DNA of 63,880 nucleotides, counting the filler, from Octopus bimaculoides (lineage: Eukaryota), in assembly GCF_001194135.2 (NCBI RefSeq). It is 7 parts of 7 records of this genome, joined end to end, with 100 filler letters (N's around TTAATTAATTAA, not from the genome) between each part and the next. Parts side by side here need not be neighbours in the genome. Positions count along the whole stretch, not along the records: positions 1 to 4,079 come from NC_068994.1; positions 4,180 to 30,890 come from NC_068982.1; 5 more parts are not named here. The stretch is one strand, 5' to 3'. Below, piece after piece: positions 1 through 10,704 of the stretch. The position numbers and the translations under genes are program-made. The notes under the pieces are model-generated. The model made no database searches and was not told the DNA's origin. It worked only from the letters and a program-made list of their open reading frames with translations. Every line of letters starts with the position of its first letter. The stretch's first letter is position 1.

Positions 1-200
1 ATTGGGCCATGTGTCATTTGATACCGGGCCGCAGACCAGTATTGGGCCATGTGTCATTTGATACCGGGCCGCAGACCAGTATTGGGCCATGTGTCATTTG
101 ATACCGGGCCGCAGACCAGTATTGGGCCACGTATCATTTGGTACCGAGCCGCAGACCAGTATTGGGTCATGAATCAGTTGGTACCGAGCCGCAGACCATG
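1..200. repeat. 40-bp minisatellite, about 5 units, running off the window start
   Basis: Unit attgggccatgtgtcatttgataccgggccgcagaccagt is exact at 1-40, 41-80 and 81-120 and diverged at 121-160 and 161-200. Confidence 0.95.
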
Positions 201-240
201 TGGTTGGGAAGCAAGCTTCATACCACACAGCCACGCCTGT
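195..240 (-). mobile_element. SINE-A tRNA-like head fragment
   Basis: accatgtggttgggaagcaagcttcataccacacagccac is the reverse complement of the SINE-A 5' end seen at 26284 onward. Confidence 0.75.
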
Positions 241-255
241 ACGTATACATATATA

Positions 256-467
256 TTCTTTTCTACTCCAGGCACAAGGCCGAAATTTTTGGAGAGGGGG
301 GCCAATCGATTAGATCGACCCCAATACGTAAATGGTACTTAATTTATCGACCCCGAAAGGATGAAATGCAAAGTCGACCTCGACGGAATTTGAACTCAGA
401 ACGTAAAGACAGACGAAATACCGCGAAGCATTTCGCCCGGCGTGCTAACGTCTCTGCCAGCTCGCCG
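256..467 (-). mobile_element. SINE-B (tRNA-derived, about 210 bp)
   Basis: Reverse complement of ggcgagctggcagaaacgttagcacgccgggcgaaatgc...gagttcaaattcc...gcctttcatcctttcggggtcgataaattaagtacc; more than 10 copies in the window; Pol III A/B-box-like head. Confidence 0.9.
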
Positions 468-536
468 ACTTCGTATACATATATATTAGGTTATCTCATA
501 AGTGTATAAATTTGCGTATATGTATATATGTATGGA

Positions 537-563
<27 letters not shown>

Positions 564-568
<5 letters not shown>

Positions 569-850
569 CGTGGGCTTTTCCTTCCACGGCTAAACCTAAA
601 CTGTCCTCCCCTCTTTTACACGAGAACATTACTGTGTGATACACGATCCCTATTGATCGGCCTTTCCTTTTCTTTTTTTTTCGATCCCTTTTGATCGAAC
701 TGCCCCTTTTTCCCTTCCTACGATCCCTTTTGATCGACACCACAAATTTTTTTTTTTTTTTTTTTTCCTTCCTTCCCCCTCCCAAAAAGAAAAGCTCTAC
801 ATTGTATTTGTCCCATCTTCGTTGAGCCCTGTGTGGCTAATAAAAGAAAT
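564..850 (+). mobile_element. 3' UTR fragment of a Tx1/L1-clade-like LINE embedded in (TATC)n
   Basis: The end ttgtatttgtcccatcttcgttgagccctgtgtggctaataaaagaaat aligns with the 3' ends of the Tx1-like elements at 42765 and 44295 (minus strand); (TATC)n lies on both sides. Confidence 0.55.
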
Positions 851-859
851 GTATCTATC

Positions 860-890
<31 letters not shown>

Positions 891-1094
891 CTAGGTGTGT
901 GTGCATATTTGTCTCTGTAAGTGTATGTATATATGCATGCATGAATGAATATATGCGTATAATTTATAATTGCGGGAGTGTATCTGTGTTTCTATTCAAG
1001 ATGACGACGTTTGGTTGTTCGGAACAGCGTGTTGATGTATTGTGTCCATTGGCGCGTATGCGGTCGCTATCTATGCACATATATATATATGTGC

Positions 1095-1148
<54 letters not shown>

Positions 1149-1729
1149 ACGTGCGTATGTGTAAATTCAATTTTGTTACGGACGAAATGTTGTTCCAGTG
1201 AAGTATAAAAGTCTTCACAGCAAGCACCTGCAGCACACTTGTACGAAAACACACACGCATTCACCCACACACACACGTACNNNNNNNNNNNNNNNNNNNN
1301 NNNNNNNNNNNNNNNNNNNNNNNNNNNNNNNNNNNNNNNNNNNNNNNNNNNNNNNNNNNNNNNNNNNNNNNNNNNNNNNNNNNNNNNNNNNNNNNNNNNN
1401 NNNNNNNNNNNNNNNNNNNNNNNNNNNNNNNNNNNNNNNNNNNNNNNNNNNNNNNNNNNNNNNNNNNNNNNNNNNNNNNNNNNNNNNNNNNNNNNNNNNN
1501 NNNNNNNNNNNNNNNNNNNNNNNNNNNNNNNNNNNNNNNNNNNNNNNNNNNNNNNNNNNNNNNNNNNNNNNNNNNNNNNNNNNNNNNNNNNNNNNNNNNN
1601 NNNNNNNNNNNNNNNNNNNNNNNNNNNNNNNNNNNNNNNNNNNNNNNNNNNNNNNNNNNNNNNNNNNNNNNNNNNNNNNNNNNNNNNNNNNNNNNNNNNN
1701 NNNNNNNNNNNNNNNNNNNNNNNNNNNNN

Positions 1730-2191
1730 GTCGTGGTCGTCTTCCTCATCTCTATAATAGTCCTCACTTTCACTAATATCGTGAACACCACCACCACCAC
1801 CACCACCACCTCCGCCGCCGCCGCCGCAGCCGCTGCCACTTTGCTGTCGTTGCCACCACTGATGTCATCATTGTGATCATCGTCATCACCACCAGCACCA
1901 GCATCAGTCGGGGCGGCAGCAGTAGCAGCAGTAGTACCACCACCACCACCACCACCACCACTTGTAGGTGAATAAAAAAGCCGGACGAAGTAACGAACCG
2001 GTTGGACAATCAGGGAGATCGAGCAGAAGTGGCGAATGCTTGCCTACCTACCTACCTACCTTCATCTTCGTCATCGTCGCTATCCTAATCACCACCACCA
2101 CCACAACTACTACCACCACAACTACTACCACCACCATCACCATCATCATCATCATCATCACCATCATCACCATCATCATCACCAAAATCAC

Positions 2192-2225
<34 letters not shown>

Positions 2226-2297
2226 TTCAACATCATCCTTATCCTCATTCTCCCCTCTCCCCTCCATCATCATCGTCGTCATCATCACCACCACCAT
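1730..2297. repeat. Mosaic trinucleotide low-complexity tract (CAC/CAT/GCC/CAG)
   Basis: Direct reading; explains the poly-H/T/I/D ORFs. Confidence 0.9.
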
Positions 2298-2395
2298 AGC
2301 TGGAATGGTTTTGATCTTTGATCAGAACGAGTAAAATTGACCAAGACCGAATTTGACAAATTCAAATTAATCTGTATATATAAAAGACAGGATGT

Positions 2396-2455
<60 letters not shown>

Positions 2456-3500
2456 NNNNNNNNNNNNNNNNNNNNNNNNNNNNNNNNNNNNNNNNNNNNN
2501 NNNNNNNNNNNNNNNNNNNNNNNNNNNNNNNNNNNNNNNNNNNNNNNNNNNNNNNNNNNNNNNNNNNNNNNNNNNNNNNNNNNNNNNNNNNNNNNNNNNN
2601 NNNNNNNNNNNNNNNNNNNNNNNNNNNNNNNNNNNNNNNNNNNNNNNNNNNNNNNNNNNNNNNNNNNNNNNNNNNNNNNNNNNNNNNNNNNNNNNNNNNN
2701 NNNNNNNNNNNNNNNNNNNNNNNNNNNNNNNNNNNNNNNNNNNNNNNNNNNNNNNNNNNNNNNNNNNNNNNNNNNNNNNNNNNNNNNNNNNNNNNNNNNN
2801 NNNNNNNNNNNNNNNNNNNNNNNNNNNNNNNNNNNNNNNNNNNNNNNNNNNNNNNNNNNNNNNNNNNNNNNNNNNNNNNNNNNNNNNNNNNNNNNNNNNN
2901 NNNNNNNNNNNNNNNNNNNNNNNNNNNNNNNNNNNNNNNNNNNNNNNNNNNNNNNNNNNNNNNNNNNNNNNNNNNNNNNNNNNNNNNNNNNNNNNNNNNN
3001 NNNNNNNNNNNNNNNNNNNNNNNNNNNNNNNNNNNNNNNNNNNNNNNNNNNNNNNNNNNNNNNNNNNNNNNNNNNNNNNNNNNNNNNNNNNNNNNNNNNN
3101 NNNNNNNNNNNNNNNNNNNNNNNNNNNNNNNNNNNNNNNNNNNNNNNNNNNNNNNNNNNNNNNNNNNNNNNNNNNNNNNNNNNATATATATATATATATA
3201 TATACTTAAGACTTAGTTGTGATCTTAATTGTGATCCGCTTCTGACACAGAGAATCGGGAGCCCTTCTAGGCATTCTATTTTCTTTGCTGGAAGGGTTCC
3301 CAACCTATGGGCAAAGAGGGGTTAGATGATGGAGATAGTGTTTTTAAAGGGCTGGTATGTGTAACTTGATCACCTCTGCCAATCAAACTCCCAACCCATG
3401 TGCTCCCGTTGAGACGCTGATTCTGCCCAAATTTGTCGTCGATGTTACTTAGTTTGCTTTGAAATAAAGAACTTGATTAGCTTAATAATCCTAACTTAAT

Positions 3501-3528
3501 CCCGGGCAAAGCCGGGCTATACTGCTAG
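3501..3528 (+). mobile_element. Helitron 3' terminus (GC hairpin plus CTAG)
   Basis: Hairpin cccgggcaaagccggg, then ctatactg, CTAG and a flanking T: the canonical Helitron 3' signature. The body probably extends left to about 3200. Confidence 0.7.
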
Positions 3529-4304
3529 TACACTTCTAAAACAGGGTTTGTTTCATATTCATTAATCCAGTTAAGATTCTTAAAGTATACTGTATCCTGT
3601 ATACAGTAGAATGTATTTGGATGAAAAAAAAAAAATTAAACGAAGAAAAGTAAAGAACCTGATTTTATTTAAGAGACACAGGTATAAGTTAATAAACTTC
3701 TGTTGCAGCAGTAGAAACAATAACAAAAACGACAATTATAAAAAAACAAAACCAAACAAAAAGACAACAAACATTATATAACGGCTGCAAAAAAACAAAA
3801 CAAAAAAACTAGACATACTTTTCGTATGTAGCTTAGCAAGAAATATATACGCAGTTGTGTCTCTAAGCATTGGAGATCCAAGCATACAAAATCAACAACC
3901 TTGTCATTAGTTTCAGGTACGAATAGCTTTGTCTGTGACTTTCTTACTGTTATTGTTGACGTTGCTGTGTCATCGTTGTTGTTATTGCTCTTGTTATTGT
4001 TGCTGCTGCAATAGTCGTGTCATCGTTGTCGTTTGTGACGTTGTTGTTGTTGTTGTTGGTTGTGACGTTGTTGTTGTTGNNNNNNNNNNNNNNNNNNNNN
4101 NNNNNNNNNNNNNNNNNNNNNNNTTAATTAATTAANNNNNNNNNNNNNNNNNNNNNNNNNNNNNNNNNNNNNNNNNNNNCTGTATTTTCAGTTATATTTG
4201 ACAAGTTCGAAAGACGGACGAAAGCGCTAATATATGTATAAAATAAATGAAAGAAGTTATTCCAAAATTCTGACGACTTTTTTTTCAATATATATATATA
4301 TATA

Positions 4305-4478
4305 TACGAGAGGGTACCTAAAAGTAATCGGAAACGTTGTAGTTCAGATTTCAGCCGCTAGAAGCCACTTGATGCTACCCTCAGGCATCAGCCTGTCGGT
4401 CAGCGTCGCCGAGTGTAGTTCTACTGCCACATGGTGCGGCTTTGTTTTGCAGTGCTTCTCTCGTGTTCATCAAAGCTG
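4305..4478 (+). mobile_element. 5' end (TIR plus UTR) of a mariner element
   Basis: TA-cgagagggtacctaaaagtaatcggaa TIR; colinear with the reverse complement of 50530-50712. Confidence 0.7.
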
Positions 4479-4765
4479 AGCAAGAGACCAACAACACTCC
4501 TTATAACGACCAAAGACGAACTGAAGGCAAGGATTATGGCAGCATTCATCAACTTAAACAAGGAGATTGTCCAGAAGAATTGCAGGAGATTCGAAAGTTG
4601 TCTGCAGCCGTGGTTGACTCCAATGGCGGCTTTATTGGATCAATTTACTCTTTAATATCTCAAGATATTGTTATGTAATTCTGGTAAATATATCTGTTAA
4701 AATGAGATGTCAGTGTTATTTTTATTTTTACATAATGTAGACGACAATTTATTCACCGCACCCTG
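4479..4765 (+). mobile_element. 3' end of a Tc1/maT-like transposon (transposase C-terminus plus TIR)
   Basis: Frameshifted peptide DELKARIMAAFINLNKEIVQKNCRRF../AAVVDSNGGFI matches the Tc1/mariner C-terminal helix; ends in TIR-like caatttattcaccgcaccctg. Confidence 0.6.
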
Positions 4766-5447
4766 CACCTTCCCCCACAATATGATACTCGCTCAGGCTC
4801 ATCTCATAGTATTCTATAATTAGTGGCCGGATATAACTTCTGTTGCAACTTATCATCCTCCGGAATACTACACATGCATGCATTTATACTTACCATACGA
4901 AAGTTATCATATTTTCTATCTCACTGAATGACAAATAACAAACATCTATTTTAGTATGCCTTCTAAAATATCTCATGTAAAATATTTGGAAATTTTATGA
5001 TTTTCTTAATTCCTGTTCAGTAAGATCCGCAATAATGTCCTCAAGTTACTTCACATACTCAACATAGCAAAGACTTCATCCCAAAAAAGACAACAACAAA
5101 CAAACAGACAAACAAATATTACACTCTCTGCAAAGTTTCAAAGACACTCATAAAAGAGTGCTGGTAACCCACCAGGAATAGCGTTGTTGCTCAGCGCCCT
5201 TAGGCATTGCCCCAGATCGCTTGCAGAATAAGTCACGTGATTAAAAAGACATAGAGTTTCTCAGCAATACTCTTCGATCGCTGACTTCCATATGCTTACA
5301 GATGTTTCCTCACTCTGCTTTTCTCTCATTACTTCGAGCTCCCTCTCTTGGGTTGCTTCAGTCGTTAATTTTCCATTTGTCAACTGACTCGAATTCGCTG
5401 ATATTAGAAAGCCTGCAAAGGCCATGCATATCTACCTTTCGTCAAGC

Positions 5448-5853
<406 letters not shown>

Positions 5854-5878
5854 GCACACGCACACACAAACATATATA

Positions 5879-6073
5879 TATGTAATTCCTCGACTATCGC
5901 GAGTGTTACGTTCCAAAACCTCCCACAAAAATAATTAAAATTTAATGAAATATAAATACCTATCGGCCGCAGAAACCCGCGATATAATGAGGAGTCTGCG
6001 ATATAAATTTACATATATTAGCCAGAAAAATCCGCGAAGTACTGAGTGCGCGATATATCGAGGGATTACTGTA
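5879..6073. mobile_element. pogo/Tigger-like MITE
   Basis: TIRs tgtaattcctcgactatcgcg / cgcgatatatcgagggattactg-TA; repeated internal cgcgatat motifs. Confidence 0.7.
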
Positions 6074-6138
6074 TGGTGTTACGTTCTTCTCCTTGCTTGC
6101 AAACGATGTTATATAAATGTAACTATAAAAATATGAAA

Positions 6139-6436
6139 ACACGTGGCTTAGTAGTTAGAGTATTTGGCTGACGATCGCAAGGCCGAGAGTTCAATTCTCG
6201 GCGGTGCGTTGTGTCCTTTAGCAAGACACTTTATTTTTACGTCGTTCCAGTCCACTCAGCTGGCAAAAATGAGTAGTACCTGTATTTCAAAGGGCCAGCT
6301 TTGTCACACTGTGTCACGCTGAATCTGCCTGAGAACTGCGTTAAGGATACACGTGTTCGTGGAGTGCTCAACCACTTGCACGAGCCGTTGATCGAATCAG
6401 CTGGGACCCTCGTCGTCGTAACCGACGGAGTGCTCC
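6139..6436 (+). mobile_element. SINE-C
   Basis: tRNA-like head (gagttcaattc B box), CORE-like gtgtcctttagcaagacactt, tail ...cctcgtcgtcgtaaccgacggagtgc. Confidence 0.85.
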
Positions 6437-6534
6437 TAATAAATATATGAACCAAACTAAAAAAGTACCTAGATGTTGGATTTATACTGATGTTCATATA
6501 AGATCTTTTGTAAACGATAGAAAGGATATAATTA

Positions 6535-6750
6535 CTTCTACTCTAGAGCACAAGACCTTCAAAATATTTGGGGAGGAAGGGGGCTAGCCGATTATATCGA
6601 TCCCAGGGCGTAACTGATACTTATTTCATCGATCTCGAAAGGATGAAAGGCAAAGTCGACCTTGGCGGAATTTGAACTCAGAACGTAAAGACAGACGAAA
6701 TATCGTTAAGCATTTCGTCCGGCGTGCTAACGTCCCGGCCAGCTCGCCGG
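6535..6750 (-). mobile_element. SINE-B
   Basis: Colinear with 256-467. Confidence 0.9.
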
Positions 6751-6959
6751 CTTAGATAGGAAGGATATAATGCTACTTGTACGCGTTTGGTCATACTTCA
6801 TTTTCTTTTTAATTACAGGCTCGATGTACTCAAGTCTTATGGCCACTCTTGCTTTGCTGAATGACTTTTACTTTGGTTAGAGAGTTCCACTTAAATAAAC
6901 GTTTCTGGATTATATATATATGTTAGGTCGTATCGGAGGGAGTGGGGTACATGGGAGTT

Positions 6960-7109
6960 ATAAGTACGTCTTTGCCAGTCGCCTGTCCATTCAAGATTGT
7001 TGCCTGCAGAACTCGAGAGCACAATATTTTGATAATCATCCGCGTACCATTGCACATTATTGGAGCATCTAAATTCCTTACCGTGTTTGGGAGTTAAGGA
7101 ATTCAGGCG
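6960..7109 (-). pseudogene. Possible CR1/L2-like reverse transcriptase remnant
   Basis: The minus strand reads NVQWYADDYQNIVLSSSAGNNLEWTGDWQ, a YADD motif with CR1-like downstream W..W spacing; short and degraded. Confidence 0.3.
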
Positions 7110-7321
7110 TAGCGTTTCTCAACCTTATCATTTCGGTTCCCCTGTTTCGGTTGGAGCCTCCAGCTGTACGAAAATTTTATGACCAAATTTGTCATGGGCC
7201 AGCCGGTCTATCTCAGGTACATGGGGAGCTGAATTAAATTTTTCATCAACACAGGGGAGCCGAAATAAATTTTTTCAATGTCCAATAGAAGCCGAATCGT
7301 GAAAAAGGTTGAAAAATGCTG
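7110..7321. mobile_element. hAT (Charlie/Buster-like) MITE
   Basis: TIRs tagcgtttctcaacctt / aaggttgaaaaatgctg; no TSD recognisable. Confidence 0.55.
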
Positions 7322-8569
7322 ATCTATAACGATGGTTTTTATTTAGGCACATCGTAAAAGTAATTATAAAGAATTGCTAAATATAAAGAAAAGTATGTTT
7401 TTTGAAGCAAATACAGTTAGAAAAAATATTTTCCATTTCAAGTCATCACTAAAAACAAAGCTCATCAATTTTGGAAAGAAATAATAATTTTATTCTTTTA
7501 TTCTAAGTTGTAAATTTTGCCCGAGAAATAAAGCAAATAATTACCAAATGCATTGTTAAAAATCTGCAACTTGATAGCAAATATCTCCAAATTGATTAGA
7601 AATGCATAAATTTAATAATAAGGATGCTAAATAAAATTTGGTCGAGAAATACACAAGAAATTACTATATATCAAAAAAAAAAAAAACAGACACGTACCAT
7701 TATAGAGAAGAGATTGTATTTAAGTGAAACATAACGAATACACAGTTGAAACACTGTAGGATTTTTCTTTTCAGCGTTGAATGTTAACCATCTCACTTCC
7801 ATTGCGCGCACACACACACATACACAAACACAAACACGCTGACATCACCCCTTCCTTCCTTATTCATGTATCACCCCTTCCTTTCTCATTTATAAACACA
7901 AGAGTATTATTATAGGAGATTATCTCGCTAGCCACGGGAGCTATGAAAAAAAAAAATAAAACGTCCAGCATCATCACCGGATGATTCTATACATCTGTGA
8001 ATTTTTCGCGCAATTCGACCCAGCCGTTTGACGGTGAATCGCAAGACAAGAAAGAATCGCCCACGTCATATTTATATGTATAGATATGAAGGCAATATTT
8101 ATTTACGTCACTGTAGACTCTGCGTTTAAATCGTGCGGAGATCGACGTTACATTACACTCCCGGCATTAATAACCTGAGTACGTGTTAAGTGCTGTTGTC
8201 ATCCTCGTCATGAACTTTTATACTCGGCCCTAAATCCGTGTATATTTGAACAGAAGTGTATTCAAATAGGAAATTGTGATAACGAATGACTGCATGTTTA
8301 AGATATTAGTTATCTAGGACAAACATCATTGATTTTATACATATTTATATCCTCTATTATTTAGGTCGTATACTTATGTTCGATTTCTTGTGTTGACAAA
8401 CAGCCTAAGACCTACAGGAGTAAGATCAATAACATAATGTGATGTCTGTGCTTGTCGTATACAGAAGTGATCGGAAATAAACAGGAGTTTGACCGTGTAT
8501 TTCGCCTAATTAACACGATCATATTAAAAAAGTTATTGAAGTGGCATAATATTTCTTCCAAATTTCCGC

Positions 8570-8950
8570 ACAAGGCCAGCGATTTTAAGGGAAGCGAGAA
8601 AATCGATTATATCAACTTCAGTGTTAAATTTGTGCTTATTTTTATCGACAGCGAAAGGATGAAAGGCAAAGTGGACTTAGAAGAATTTGAACCTCGGAAC
8701 ATAGAGCTGGAAGAACTACCTCTAAGCACTTTGTCCAGCGTGCCAACGACTCTACCAGCTCACCGCCCTTGTAAATTGCATAACAATGGTTTCAGATTTT
8801 AGGGCTGGGGTTAAGTCAATTATATCGATCCTCCAGTGTTCAATTGGAACTTATTTCCTCGGTCCCGAAAGAATAAGAATCGAAAGCGGCGGAATTTGAG
8901 CTCAGAACATGAAAACGGATGAAATGTCGCTTAGCATTTTGTCCGTCACC
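8570..8950 (-). mobile_element. Two adjacent degraded SINE-B copies
   Basis: gaaaggatgaaaggcaaagt..gaatttgaac..ccagctcaccgcc at 8570-8770; ggcggaatttgagctcagaac..gcatttt at 8790-8950. Confidence 0.7.
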
Positions 8951-9300
8951 TTACGAAATGTTATAATAACAGCAACAAAATCACAATCGAAATCACACAC
9001 TACCACGCCAAGAATGGACGCATTGGAAAATGTAGTCCTAAATCTAACAAAAAGACCGAATGGTTTATGCTGAAAGTGTTTTGATCAAAGATATCTTCGA
9101 ACAGAGATGACCTGCGGGCCAAAAACTATCAATAACCACTTGTAATTTGAAATATTTGGGTGGCGTTTGTTGCAGCAGTTTAGTCCACAAAAGAATAAAA
9201 TCTCTTTCGAAGTAGATTGGCTTAATACCGCTAATCGTTGATCACTCCCTACTCTTTAAAAAGGGGTCTCAACGAGGGTCCANNNNNNNNNNGGGGGGGG

Positions 9301-9428
9301 GGGTCTACTGATGAAATGCAGTAAAGTGGGAGTCCACAAATGAAATGCAGTAAATTGAGGGTCCACAAATGAAATGCGGTAAATTGGAGATCCACAGATG
9401 AGATGCAGTAAATTAGGGGTCCACAGTA
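9301..9428. repeat. About 29-bp subterminal tandem repeat x4 inside the hAT left end
   Basis: Repeated gggtccacaaatgaaatgcagtaaatt variants. Confidence 0.85.
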
Positions 9429-9571
9429 CTTTTCAGGAGTCATGAAAAAATTGTGTTTCAGATCAGTAGTTTCCAACGTGGAGTCCTGTTGCAATGTGGA
9501 CCCTGTACAACGGTGAACTCAGACTAAGAAACTTGTTTAAAAACGCCCTGAAATATGTTGCTAGAAATCCT

Positions 9572-9758
9572 AAGCAAATGTCTTTTACTATAGCCTCGGG
9601 CCGACCAAGACCTCGTGAGTGGATCTAGTAGATGGAAACTGAAATAAGCCCATCGTGTCTGTGGAGTGCTCAGCTACTGGCACGTTAATTTCACGTGCAA
9701 GCTGTTCCGTTGATCGTATCAGCTGGGACCCTCGTCGTCGTAACCGACGGAGTGCTCC
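9572..9758 (+). mobile_element. Chimeric SINE (SINE-A core plus SINE-C tail) nested in the hAT
   Basis: 9572-9654 matches SINE-A (ctatagcctcgggccgacc..gaaactgaaa.aagccc); 9654-9758 matches the SINE-C tail at 6350-6436. Confidence 0.75.
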
Positions 9759-10704
9759 TTTATGTATATATGTATATATACATGCATGGATGCATGTATG
9801 TATGTATGCATGTATGTATGTATTCTGTGTGTATGCATTCTGCACGTATTCTGCATGAAGAATTTAAGCGTGCTGCTCGAAAGTGCACTGCAAGTGTAGT
9901 GTTTGCAGTTGTGTATGCTTGTCAAGAGCAGGGTTCATTAGCCAGCAAACGGAGCCGCAAATGCAAAATATAAGTTAGTCCTAGAGCGCACAATGTTCCT
10001 AAAGGTCAGCAATGGTCTTCCTCGGTCACGGGTGGACGGCCATCATATAGGGGTAAATAAAATACAAAAACAACAAAAATCAAAAGGTGGTATACAGTGA
10101 ATGCATTATGTTGACTCACGGTGTATATGTGTTATACACACACACATACATAAATGAAGGTAGCAGGAGGTCATAATTTTTGTTTTTTGGAATTTCCATA
10201 AAGTTTTTGCGGATCTGCGTTCTACACACAAGAATTCATACGATTTTTACAAAAATAAAAAGAAAAAGGATTTATTTTTTTGAAACCTCAAAAATCCTAA
10301 AATTTCCCACTTCTTTTCAATTTGAAAAAAAAAAATCAGAGTTTCAAATATTCAAAAATAGGCACTCATAACTTTTTGGCGAAACTCCAGCAATGGACAA
10401 CTCTTGAAAAAAATCAGGACATATCAAAGTGATAAAGGAACAAGGAAGGTATCAGGTGGTTGTGGGATGTGCTAAAAACAATAATTGCCGTTAAATCACA
10501 CACAAAAATTTTATTTGCATAATTTTATGAATTCTCGTGTGAAGAAGACAAATTCGCAAAACATTTCTGGAAATTCCAAAACATAGGAAAGTTACGAGGG
10601 TTTATATGGGGCGCTTAAACCAAAATTCTAGCCTCTCCAACTAAGAAAAAATACCAATAATATTCCATTGAATATCTGTCTTATGGCTTTATCTTATCGC
10701 TACA

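Noticed and set aside
1-200. Possible CRISPR-like array
   Set aside because: Units are contiguous with no unique spacers; eukaryotic context; no cas genes.
1968-2321. His/Thr/Ile/Asp-rich ORFs resembling metal-binding or biomineral proteins (also 25450-25948, 60652-61111)
   Set aside because: All frames on both strands are open because of trinucleotide mosaics; no splice signals or unique sequence.
3294-3310. hAT-like TIR agggttcccaacc
   Set aside because: No partner TIR or TSD found nearby.
1198-3325. Long ORFs of 170-313 aa (and similar ones at 19-20.7, 24, 28, 30, 40, 50.6-51.7 and 59.8-61.7 kb)
   Set aside because: They run through N gaps and dinucleotide repeats; no real coding content.
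4124-4135. TTAATTAATTAA motif recurring inside N runs (also 30935, 47638, 52650, 58380, 62768)
   Set aside because: Always centred in N gaps; it is a six-frame-stop linker added during assembly, not biological sequence.
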